The notes below the pieces were generated by a model that was not told the DNA's origin, searched no databases, and saw only the letters and a list, made by a program, of their open reading frames with translations. 36,214 nucleotides of DNA. It comes from a virus. Location: positions 1 through 36,214 of IMG/VR virus record IMGVR_UViG_3300046822_000108; one strand, 5' to 3'. Below are positions 1 to 7,587 of the stretch, in pieces (the stretch's first letter is position 1; every line of letters begins with the position of its first letter). A program made the translations under genes and the position numbers.

Positions 1-127
1 CATGCATATCCGGCTGGTTGACCCGACCGGCAAGCGCGACACCGTCATCAATCACCACCGCGTGTGGGACCGCGACCGGTTCTACCAAGCGCAGGTGAAG
101 CTGCACGAAAACCCAAATAAGGAGATC
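1..127. repeat. Terminal direct repeat copy 1 (identical to 36088..36214)
   Basis: Read by eye: catgcatatccggctggttgaccc...aaataaggagatc occurs at both ends. A 127-nt overlap is typical of a k=127 assembler circular overlap. Confidence 0.95.
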
Positions 128-196
128 GAGGACCGCCGTCTGGTGTCGATCGCCACCGAAGCCGAATACCAGGAAGCACGGAAGGTGACCAAATGA
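2..196 (+). CDS. Hypothetical protein, 3' part of the junction-spanning ORF (same gene as 36074..36214)
   Basis: The ORF continues from the ATG at 36074 across the circular junction. Its stop overlaps the recT start (ATGA at 193). Confidence 0.5.
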   Translation: MHIRLVDPTGKRDTVINHHRVWDRDRFYQAQVKLHENPNKEIEDRRLVSIATEAEYQEARKVTK

Positions 197-1131
197 GCCA
201 ACCCACCCAACTGGCGCAGATGCAAACCAGCGCCGTCGCCAAACCCAACGATGCCCCCATGTCGCTGCTGACCGGCTCCGGCTTCGAGCAGCTGCAGCGC
301 GTTGCCAAGGCGCTCAGCGCTTCCACCCTGGTACCTGCGCAGTACCGCGCGTTCACCGAGATCAAGAAGTTCGGTCGGGTTGAAGGCCACCAGCCAAACC
401 CCGCCGGCCTGCCCAACTGCGTGGTGGCGCTGAACATGGCCATGCGCATGGGCGCTGACCCGCTGATGGTGATGCAGAACCTGTACGTCATCGAGGGCCG
501 TCCCAGCTGGTCGAGCCAGTTCATCATCGCAGCCATCAATAGCTGCGGGCGGTTCAGCCCGCTGCGGTTCGAGATCAGCGAGCCGGGCAAGTCGGAGAAG
601 GTGAAGTACACCGCCGTGGTGTGGAAGTCGGGCAACAAGTCCGAAGAAGCCCGCGAGGTGACCATCCAGCATCGCACCTGCCGTGCCTGGGTCATCGAGA
701 AGGAAACAGGCGAACGCCTGGACGGCCCTACCGTATCGATGCAGATGTCCATCGACGAAGGCTGGCTCACCAAGAACGGCAGCAAGTGGCAGACGATGCC
801 AGAAATCATGCTGCGGTACCGGGCGGCCAGCCTGTTCGGGCGCCTCTACGCACCTGAGCTGCTGATGGGCCTGCAAACGCAGGAAGAAGTGCACGACTTC
901 ATCGACGCCACCCCTGATGGCGCTGGCAACTACACCGTCGACGTGAACGACCTGCGCAACCGCGAGCCCGAGGCCCCCGCCATCATCGAGACCGACGACG
1001 GCGACCAGGTCAACGTTGACACCGGCGAGATCATCGAGCCGACCTCTGCTGATGTGCAAAAACAGGAGACCACCGAGCAGGCAGACGCCGAGCCTGATGG
1101 CGCCGACGACGCCGAATTTCAGTTCGAGTAA
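193..1131 (+). CDS. recT: RecT-family single-strand annealing recombinase
   Basis: 312 aa. Core ALNMAMRMGADPLMVMQNLYVIEGRPSWSSQFIIAAINSCGRF and C-terminal MPEIMLRYRAASLFGRLYAPE resemble RecT/SSAP proteins, followed by an acidic tail. A partner exonuclease gene lies just upstream across the junction. Confidence 0.75.
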   Translation: MSQPTQLAQMQTSAVAKPNDAPMSLLTGSGFEQLQRVAKALSASTLVPAQYRAFTEIKKFGRVEGHQPNPAGLPNCVVALNMAMRMGADPLMVMQNLYVIEGRPSWSSQFIIAAINSCGRFSPLRFEISEPGKSEKVKYTAVVWKSGNKSEEAREVTIQHRTCRAWVIEKETGERLDGPTVSMQMSIDEGWLTKNGSKWQTMPEIMLRYRAASLFGRLYAPELLMGLQTQEEVHDFIDATPDGAGNYTVDVNDLRNREPEAPAIIETDDGDQVNVDTGEIIEPTSADVQKQETTEQADAEPDGADDAEFQFE

Positions 1132-1136
1132 CGCCC

Positions 1137-1337
1137 ATGCCAGCCCTGACCGTGCAAGAGCAGTACGACCACGTCGAGGAATTCACCGCCATCCTGGTCG
1201 CTGCTGAGCTGCACGCGGCCGGGGCCTGGGAAATCGAATTCACCGACGACATGCGGGCCAACTTCAACCGTTACGGCCCGCACACCCACCTGAGCCCCGC
1301 ACAGCGCAAGACGCTGGAGCGCATCGCCAAGCACTGA
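1137..1337 (+). CDS. Hypothetical protein (66 aa)
   Basis: ATG lies 5 nt after the recT stop. High GC3 and tight operon packing. Confidence 0.5.
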   Translation: MPALTVQEQYDHVEEFTAILVAAELHAAGAWEIEFTDDMRANFNRYGPHTHLSPAQRKTLERIAKH

Positions 1338-1346
1338 GGAATCTCA

Positions 1347-2183
1347 ATGAAGACTGAACACATCGAAGCAATCGACCGCGCCCGCCGCCATGGCGTCCCA
1401 TCCATGCTGTTCGCCCACCAGCTGATGGTGCGTGACCTGGTTGAGGCCGCGCTGTTCGAGCTGCGCAACACCAAGGTGCCCTTCCCCCGCCTGGGCGAAG
1501 ACGACCAGCAAGAGGTCATCGACCGCCTGACCCAGCAAGCCGAAGAAGTGGTCACCACCGCGATCAGCATCATCAGCTCGCGCAGCGTCGACACCATCCC
1601 GGTCACCGTGGTGGACGCCAAGTTCAAGGCCAAGGCCATCACTGTCACCGCGGCCATTGACGCCCAAGACCCGAACCGGCACGGGCTGATCGACGTTGCC
1701 GGCAAGCTGTGCCTGCTGGTGCTGGCGCCCAATGACTACGCCGAAGGCATCGACGGTGTGCGGGCTGAGCGTGATCAGCGTGAGCTGCCGCTGAGTGCTG
1801 GCGCCATTGCCGAGGCGATGTACCGCCGTGATCCCGCGCCGGAGCCAGACGACGAGCCGGACAGCCAGGCGGTGGACCTGGATCCAGCACCGCAAACCAA
1901 AGACGACATCGTCGACGCCGAATGGCCCTCGACGATGGCCAACTTCGACACCTTTGGTGAGCACACCTACACCGAGGCCAGCCAGATCGTGGTGCTGCAC
2001 GGTGACGTGATCGACGCTGCCTGGCTGCAGCGCCGCCTGGTCATCGACAGCGAATCGGCCACCAGCCTGCTGCTGCGCCTGCTCGAAGACAGCGTGATCC
2101 AGCTGGAGGCCGAAGCCGAAGACCGGATCGATTACACCTACAAGGTCACCGCCAACCTCGATGCCACCCTCGAACTGGAGTAA
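1347..2183 (+). CDS. Hypothetical acidic protein with possible C-terminal FtsK-gamma-like winged helix
   Basis: 278 aa, RBS GAGGA at 1336-1340. C-terminus ASQIVVLHGDVIDAAWLQRRLVIDSESATSLLLRLLEDSVI resembles the LQRRL..IGY.RAARL..LE motif of FtsK gamma domains. No metallophosphoesterase motifs. Confidence 0.55.
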   Translation: MKTEHIEAIDRARRHGVPSMLFAHQLMVRDLVEAALFELRNTKVPFPRLGEDDQQEVIDRLTQQAEEVVTTAISIISSRSVDTIPVTVVDAKFKAKAITVTAAIDAQDPNRHGLIDVAGKLCLLVLAPNDYAEGIDGVRAERDQRELPLSAGAIAEAMYRRDPAPEPDDEPDSQAVDLDPAPQTKDDIVDAEWPSTMANFDTFGEHTYTEASQIVVLHGDVIDAAWLQRRLVIDSESATSLLLRLLEDSVIQLEAEAEDRIDYTYKVTANLDATLELE

Positions 2184-2186
2184 GCC

Positions 2187-3929
2187 ATGCGCCTGAACAG
2201 CATCTTCGTCGAAAACTTCCAAGGCCTGCAGTCTGCAACCCTGGAACTGCCCCGCCCCATCACCGTGGTCACCGGCATGAACGGTGCCGGCAAGTCCTCC
2301 CTCAAGGAGGCCATCGGCGTGGCCCTGGGCGAACCCGCGCGCGTGTCGCTGAAAAAGGACTACGGTCAGATGGTCACCGAGGGCCACAAGAAGGGCCAGG
2401 TGGTGATCAACCACGACGACGCATCTAGCAGCTTCACCCTGCCGAAGGGCGTGGTGGAGCACTCGCCAGTCGCCGGCGAGGAATACTTGCACTTCGTGTT
2501 GAACCCTCAGGCCTTCGCCGCGATGGACGACAAGAGCCGACGCGGCATGCTGTTCAAGCTCTCCAAGGCCAGCGCCAGCCCCAACGTCACGATCCAGAAG
2601 CTGCGTGAACGTGGCGCCGACGCTGACAAGGCCGAGAAGATCAAGTCGATGTTGCTGAGCGGCTTCCCCGCTGCCCAGCAATCGGCCAAGGATTACGCCG
2701 CCGAGGCGCGCGGCGCCTGGAAAGCCATCACCGGCGAGGTCTACGGCAGCGAGAAGGCCGAGGGTTGGGCTGTCACCATCCCCGAAGGCCAGGACGCGTC
2801 GGACGCCAACGCAGAGGATGTGTTCAAACTGCACGAAACCGCGGCCGCCGAAGTCGAGAAGGGTGTGAAGTTCCTCGGCGGGCTGGAAGCGAAGCGCGAA
2901 GCAGCTGCAGGCTATGAGGCCCGTAAAGCGCAGCTCTCAGCGGATGCCGAGCTGCTTGAGCGTGCCGAGATCAAGAAGGGTGTCACTGAGCTGGACCTGA
3001 GCCGCCTGGTGCCCAAGGTCGAAGCCATGGCCGCCGAGCTCAACAGCCTGACGGTTGGCGCCGAAAGCTGCGACTGCCCGGGCTGCGGTATTGCGCTCAA
3101 GATTGCTGGCAACAAGGTGGAGCTGTTTGACGGTATCAAGGGGGAGGTGAAGAAGCGCAGCGACCTGGCCCTGGAACTGACCAAGACCAAGGACGCGGTG
3201 GCGATGCTGAACCGCACCCTGCAGAACGACGTGGCGGCGGTGACCACCGCGGCCAACGCCAAGGCCGAGCTAGACAAACTGTTGGCCGATGGCAACCAGG
3301 GTTTCGACCAAGCGCTGTTCGACAAGACCACTGAGGCCCTGACCGCTCAGCGCTTGAAGTCCGAGCAGCTGCGCGCCAAGTACAACGCACTGTTCGACCG
3401 TGAGCGCCTGATCAAAAGCGCCGCCGCCGAGACCGCCAAAGCAGCCGCACACCACCAGGACGTTGTCGAGTGGGTGCTGATCGAGAAAGCCCTGGCACCT
3501 GATGGCATCCCCACCGAGATCCTGAAAGGTGCGCTGCAACCCATCAACGATACGTTGGCCCAGCTTTCGACCAGGGCGAAGTGGCCCAAGGTCGAGATCG
3601 ATACCCAGATGGCAATCACCGCCGGCGGGCGCCTGTATGGGCTGCTGTCCGAGTCGGAAAAGTGGCGCTGCGACACCCTGCTTGGCCTGACTGTGTCGAA
3701 GCATGCCGGCTTGAAGTTCCTGGTACTGGACCGCTTCGACGTGCTGGACCTCCCGGGCCGTGGCCAGTTGCTGGGCATGCTGGTGGGGCTGGCCAAGTCC
3801 GGCGAGCTCGACAGCGCGGTGGTCTGCGGCACGCTCAAGGAGAAACCCAAGGATCACCCGGCCATCAACGCGGTGTGGATCGAAGGCGGCACGGCCAACG
3901 GCGCCGAACAGCTGCAGCAAGCCAGTTAA
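2187..3929 (+). CDS. Rad50/SbcC-like ABC-type ATPase with central CPxC zinc hook
   Basis: 580 aa. Walker A is GMNGAGKSS near the N-terminus. The long helical A/E/K/L-rich middle carries SCDCPGCGIALK at its midpoint (aa ~293-301). C-terminal signature-like LSESEKW and Walker B FLVLDRFDVLD. Confidence 0.75.
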   Translation: MRLNSIFVENFQGLQSATLELPRPITVVTGMNGAGKSSLKEAIGVALGEPARVSLKKDYGQMVTEGHKKGQVVINHDDASSSFTLPKGVVEHSPVAGEEYLHFVLNPQAFAAMDDKSRRGMLFKLSKASASPNVTIQKLRERGADADKAEKIKSMLLSGFPAAQQSAKDYAAEARGAWKAITGEVYGSEKAEGWAVTIPEGQDASDANAEDVFKLHETAAAEVEKGVKFLGGLEAKREAAAGYEARKAQLSADAELLERAEIKKGVTELDLSRLVPKVEAMAAELNSLTVGAESCDCPGCGIALKIAGNKVELFDGIKGEVKKRSDLALELTKTKDAVAMLNRTLQNDVAAVTTAANAKAELDKLLADGNQGFDQALFDKTTEALTAQRLKSEQLRAKYNALFDRERLIKSAAAETAKAAAHHQDVVEWVLIEKALAPDGIPTEILKGALQPINDTLAQLSTRAKWPKVEIDTQMAITAGGRLYGLLSESEKWRCDTLLGLTVSKHAGLKFLVLDRFDVLDLPGRGQLLGMLVGLAKSGELDSAVVCGTLKEKPKDHPAINAVWIEGGTANGAEQLQQAS

Positions 3930-3951
3930 CCCACATACGAACCACCCCTAC

Positions 3952-3972
3952 GGCGCCTACGGGCGCCTTTTT
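3952..3972 (+). terminator. Rho-independent terminator after the ATPase gene
   Basis: GGCGCC-tacg-GGCGCC hairpin followed by TTTTT. Confidence 0.6.
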
Positions 3973-3993
3973 CACGCCCAAAGGAAACTCAAC

Positions 3994-4605
3994 ATGTCCC
4001 AACTGATCTGCGTGTTCGACACCGAAACCACCGGCCTGCCGGCGTTCAAGCTGCCCAGCGATGCCCCATCGCAGCCCCACCTGGTGGACATCTGCGCCCT
4101 GCTTTACACGCCCGAGGGTGAGCTGGTCGATTCTTTCGAGGCCATGATCAAGCCTGACGGCTGGGTCATCCCCGACGAAGTGGCCGCGATCCACGGCATC
4201 ACCACCGAGATGGCCCTGGAACAAGGCATCCCGGAAATGGAAGCGCTGGGCGGCTTCCTCAACGTCTACATGCGCGCTGGCCTGCGGGTGGCCCACAACT
4301 GCAGCTTCGACGACCGGATCATGCGCATCGCCATCATGCGGATCATCGGCACCGAAGCCGCTGACGCGTTCAAGGTCGAGCCCAGCTACTGCACCGCGCT
4401 CATGTCGAAGCCCATCTGCCAGCTGCCGCCCACCGAGCGTATGAAGCAGACCAACTTCCGCAACAGCTTCAAGACCCCGACCGTTGCCGAGGCGCTGAGG
4501 CACTTCTACGGCGAAGAGCTGATCGGTGGCCACCGCGCGCGGCCCGACACCGAGGCCTGCGCCCGCATCTACTTCGCCATGAACCCGGCCGCGGCTGTCG
4601 CCTAA
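3994..4605 (+). CDS. DEDDh (DnaQ/epsilon-like) 3'-5' exonuclease
   Basis: Internal ATG of ORF 3760..4605, preceded by AAGGAAA. Exo I is VFDTETTGL, Exo II is HNCSFDDRIM, Exo III is HRARPDTEACARIY. Confidence 0.8.
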   Translation: MSQLICVFDTETTGLPAFKLPSDAPSQPHLVDICALLYTPEGELVDSFEAMIKPDGWVIPDEVAAIHGITTEMALEQGIPEMEALGGFLNVYMRAGLRVAHNCSFDDRIMRIAIMRIIGTEAADAFKVEPSYCTALMSKPICQLPPTERMKQTNFRNSFKTPTVAEALRHFYGEELIGGHRARPDTEACARIYFAMNPAAAVA

Positions 4606-4656
4606 CCCCGTTCCCCACACGCTGACCGCCTTCACGGGCGGCCGCACGGAGCAGTC

Positions 4657-4866
4657 ATGACCATAACGATTAAAGTTCGCCCCTGCTGCGGGGCCTACAT
4701 GGCGCGCGCGATGCGCCTGGGTGTCAGCGCCAGTTGTGCCGAAGGCCCCAAGGCCGCGGCTCAAGCGGTCTGCCGAAAGCTCGGCGTGGACCCGCAGCTG
4801 CTCGAGCAATCGAACAGCGACCCGGTGGTGGTGGAGTTCACGCACCCTGGTGAGGTGCAGAAATGA
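4657..4866 (+). CDS. Hypothetical protein (69 aa)
   Basis: GGAG RBS at 4648-4651. Stop overlaps the next start (ATGA). Confidence 0.5.
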   Translation: MTITIKVRPCCGAYMARAMRLGVSASCAEGPKAAAQAVCRKLGVDPQLLEQSNSDPVVVEFTHPGEVQK

Positions 4867-5078
4867 TCGCCGCCGCCATTTACCTCAACGTAATCTTCTG
4901 CACCACCGACACCCACACCGATTGCCGGCCCGCTCAGTTCATGTGGACCGAGTCCGAATTCCTGCCCACGTACGTGCGCGAGGCCAAGTGCCAGAGTAAC
5001 GCCGAGCTGATGAATCAGGCCCAGGCCGATAAATCGGTGTTCTACCGGTGCGACTCGGTGAAGGGAGAGAACCAATGA
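4863..5078 (+). CDS. Hypothetical Cys-containing protein with hydrophobic N-terminus (71 aa)
   Basis: Translationally coupled to its neighbours. N-terminus MIAAAIYLNVIFC; four further Cys. Confidence 0.45.
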   Translation: MIAAAIYLNVIFCTTDTHTDCRPAQFMWTESEFLPTYVREAKCQSNAELMNQAQADKSVFYRCDSVKGENQ

Positions 5079-5677
5079 AGCGCCTACCGATAGGAGAAAG
5101 GGCAATTGCTGCACTGGTCCGCTATGAGCGCGCTGCTGCCGAACTAGCCCGCATAAAAAAGGGGATCGTGACCACGTTGGAAAAGTGTCCAACCACCATT
5201 GAGGCGTATGAAAACAACAACCTCAACTGTGACTTTCTCAATGTCAGAGAAGAAGACCATGAACGGCTGTGGGATGGTTCGCGAGTTCGCCATCACCTGC
5301 ATGAGGTACTTCAGCTGACATACCACGACGGTGGCGAATACGACCCTGAGCGCAAGCTGGACGACTATGAAATTCGTGCCGCGCTTGAGGGTTACAGCGA
5401 AGACGAGTCGCAGCCGTACAAGTGTGAGCACTGTCTTGCGGCGTGGCTGCTAGTAGAGCGAAGAAAGCTCGCACGTAGGGAGTTCGGCTGCGCCAAACGC
5501 ACTGTGCGCGCCATTGGTAAAACAGCAATCAAGCAGGCGACCCCACTGTTTGTTCCAAAGCCCTGTGCAGCACACGCCTGTGAATGCCCGCGAGTCGGCG
5601 AAACAATATTCTGCGGTGCACATCAGTCGGCGCGCAGCCGCCTCACCAAGATGAGACTGGGAGGGTACGAGGAATGA
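5075..5677 (+). CDS. Hypothetical Cys-rich protein with foreign codon usage (200 aa)
   Basis: ATG at 5075 after GGGAGAG. Rare codons for this genome (cta, ata, aga, agg) and visibly lower GC. Cys clusters CEHC and CAAHACEC...FCGAH. Confidence 0.6.
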   Translation: MKRLPIGERAIAALVRYERAAAELARIKKGIVTTLEKCPTTIEAYENNNLNCDFLNVREEDHERLWDGSRVRHHLHEVLQLTYHDGGEYDPERKLDDYEIRAALEGYSEDESQPYKCEHCLAAWLLVERRKLARREFGCAKRTVRAIGKTAIKQATPLFVPKPCAAHACECPRVGETIFCGAHQSARSRLTKMRLGGYEE

Positions 5678-5847
5678 CCGCCCTCCGCCGCAAGGCCAAA
5701 CTCCGCGGCGCGCCTATGGCGCCGCTCGACCTCAACGTGATCTGCGACCAGTGCAACAAGTCGCGGGCCCACGGAAACCACACCAAGTGCAGCAAGCAGC
5801 GCCAGGCGGAAGCGGCGGCGCGGCGAGCTGCCGAGGGCGCCCGATGA
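5674..5847 (+). CDS. Hypothetical small basic protein with CxxC...C motif (57 aa)
   Basis: ATGA coupling, GGAGGG RBS, very high GC3. Contains CDQCNKSRAHGNHTKC. Confidence 0.5.
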   Translation: MTALRRKAKLRGAPMAPLDLNVICDQCNKSRAHGNHTKCSKQRQAEAAARRAAEGAR

Positions 5848-5945
5848 TCATGATCGGCCTGGGCGCCTGGTTTCTTCTCAGCTGCATCGCCGGCCCGCTG
5901 TACGGCCGGCGCATCTCCAAATCCACCGTAATCGTTAAACCTTGA
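5844..5945 (+). CDS. Small hydrophobic peptide (33 aa)
   Basis: ATGA coupling to the previous gene and high GC3. MIMIGLGAWFLLSCIAGPLYG forms one predicted TM segment. Confidence 0.4.
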   Translation: MIMIGLGAWFLLSCIAGPLYGRRISKSTVIVKP

Positions 5946-5954
5946 GGTTTCCCC

Positions 5955-6167
5955 ATGAATACCGCACACGAGATCACCACTGACATGGAGCTGCTGCGCC
6001 TTGCCGAAGTCAAACGCATGACGGGCCTGAGTACCACCACCATCTACGAATGGGGCAACAAGGGCATGTTCCCCAAGCAGATCAAGCTCGGGGGCAACAC
6101 GGTGGCCTGGGTCAAGTCTGAGGTTCAGGCTTGGATTCGTCAGAAGCTTGAGGCGGCCAGGGGCTGA
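5955..6167 (+). CDS. alpA: AlpA-family DNA-binding protein / excisionase
   Basis: LLRLAEVKRMTGLSTTTIYEWGNKGMFPKQIKLGGNTVAWVKSEVQAWI matches the AlpA/Xis winged-helix pattern. RBS GAGG. Adjacent to int. Confidence 0.8.
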   Translation: MNTAHEITTDMELLRLAEVKRMTGLSTTTIYEWGNKGMFPKQIKLGGNTVAWVKSEVQAWIRQKLEAARG

Positions 6168-7398
6168 GCGGATTAGCCCCGCCCTCGATTGCGTCCAGGT
6201 AATCCGCCCAGCTCTGCATCATCTGCCGGCGCTGCGGCACCCACAGCGCATGGTTGTACGTCCGCCTCACCTTGTTGCTGCCCACGTGGGACAGCTGCGC
6301 ATCGATCCAATCCTCGTGGTACCCCATCTCATTCAAGGCAGTCGACAGCGTGCCACGCAAGCCGTGGCCTGTGAGCTTGTCCTTGTATCCCATCTTGGTA
6401 ATTGCACCATTGACCGTGTTTTCGCTCATCGGCTGCCCGGGGTTGTTACGCCCTGGAATCAGCAGCCGAGCGCGCGAGGTCCTGGCCTGCAACCACCGCA
6501 CGATCTCCACCGCCTGCCGCGACAGTGGCACCAGATAAGGCGGTATATCCCCCCCTTCCGTTCGAACCCTACTCCTCAACTGCTTCACCGCATCAGCCGG
6601 GATAGTCCACAGCGCGGCGTCCAGATCGAATTGATCTGGCGTGGCGTTCCTGAGTTCGCCCGTGCGCACCCCAGTCAGTAACAGCAACCGGATCGCCGAC
6701 ACAGTGAAAATGTTCGTCCTGGACGTGCGCAAGGTGGCCAGGAAGGCGGGCAACTCCGTCTGGCGCAGGAACGGGTTGTGCTGCACCGGCGGTTGCTCGG
6801 CGGCCACGATGTCGATATCCGACGCCGGGTTCGTTTCCAGCAGGCCCTCGGCGATGGCGAACCGGAAAATCTGGTTGAGCCAGGTCCGGCACTTCTCGGC
6901 GACGTTTAGCGCCCCGCGCTTTTCCACCCGACGTACAGCGGCTAGTACATCGGCGCGGCGAATTTCGGCAATGGGCATGCGGCCCAGCACCGGGATCAGG
7001 TCCTTGTCCAGGTACAGGCGCGACTGGGCGGTGCCGCCCTTCTTGGCCGGTGTCAGCCGCGGCTTCTTGAATTCGTACCAGCGCTCGGCCACGGCCGCAA
7101 AGGTGTGCTCCTGGCTGGCGCTGGCTGCTTGCTGGGCCTGACGCCGTGCGGTGCGCGGGTCAATGCCCTTGGCCACCTGCCCCCGCGCCTCGTCTCTAAG
7201 CTCGCGCGCATCGCGCAGGCCGATCTCCGGATAGGTGCCCAGAGAAAAGCGAGGCTGCTTCCCGTGCCAGCTGAAGCGGAAATGCCACGACTTGGTGCCG
7301 TTGGCGGCGACGAACAGGGATAGTCCATCGCGATCGGAGAGGGTGAAGTCCTTGTCGCGGGGCTTGGCCTGTCGAACAGCCGTGTCAGTCAGGGGCAT
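6112..7398 (-). CDS. int: P4-type tyrosine integrase
   Basis: 428 aa. N-terminal arm-binding domain LTDTAVRQAKPRDKDFTLSDRDGLSLFVAANGTKSWHFRF. C-terminal HGLRGTLSTAL...LSHVGSNKVRRTYNHA carries the catalytic Tyr. Confidence 0.92.
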   Translation of the reverse strand: MPLTDTAVRQAKPRDKDFTLSDRDGLSLFVAANGTKSWHFRFSWHGKQPRFSLGTYPEIGLRDARELRDEARGQVAKGIDPRTARRQAQQAASASQEHTFAAVAERWYEFKKPRLTPAKKGGTAQSRLYLDKDLIPVLGRMPIAEIRRADVLAAVRRVEKRGALNVAEKCRTWLNQIFRFAIAEGLLETNPASDIDIVAAEQPPVQHNPFLRQTELPAFLATLRTSRTNIFTVSAIRLLLLTGVRTGELRNATPDQFDLDAALWTIPADAVKQLRSRVRTEGGDIPPYLVPLSRQAVEIVRWLQARTSRARLLIPGRNNPGQPMSENTVNGAITKMGYKDKLTGHGLRGTLSTALNEMGYHEDWIDAQLSHVGSNKVRRTYNHALWVPQRRQMMQSWADYLDAIEGGANPLSPWPPQASDESKPEPQT

Positions 7399-7485
7399 TA
7401 GTACATCACCAGTCAGATCAAATTCGGAATGTACTGGCTAATGTACTAAAAATTTACGGAAGGACGCGAAAGATTGCGAAAGCCC

Positions 7486-7515
7486 ACAAAAGCAAAAGGC
7501 CGCTCTAGGCGGCCT
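7486..7515 (-). terminator. Rho-independent terminator downstream of the tRNA-derived core
   Basis: Minus strand reads AGGCCGC-ctaga-GCGGCCT followed by TTTGCTTTTGT. It lies between the core and the int start. Confidence 0.55.
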
Positions 7516-7562
7516 CTGGCTTGGGTTTCGCGGAAGGCTACGGACCTTCCCGAAAGTACATC

Positions 7563-7587
7563 TGGTGCGGACGGAGGGAATCGAATC
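7563..7587 (-). other. attP core: 3' end of a tRNA gene (T-loop, T-stem, acceptor stem, A73, CCA)
   Basis: Minus strand reads gaTTCGATTCCCTCCGTCCGCACCA. The upstream sequence cannot form the rest of a tRNA cloverleaf. Confidence 0.75.

Noticed and set aside
1347-2183. The 278-aa protein as the Mre11/SbcD nuclease partner of the hook ATPase.
   Set aside because: None of the metallophosphoesterase motifs (DxH, GDxxD, GNHD/E, GHxH) is present. It is kept as an unknown partner instead.
1344-2834. A 496-aa minus-strand ORF. Similar long antisense ORFs occur at 3865..4845, 22252..23505, 24181..24936, 24988..25938, 26009..26761, 28450..29427 and 30876..31769.
   Set aside because: All are antisense or out of frame to genes with recognisable domains and good RBS or coupling. 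Their Arg/Gly/Pro/His-rich composition is typical of non-coding frames in GC-rich sequence.
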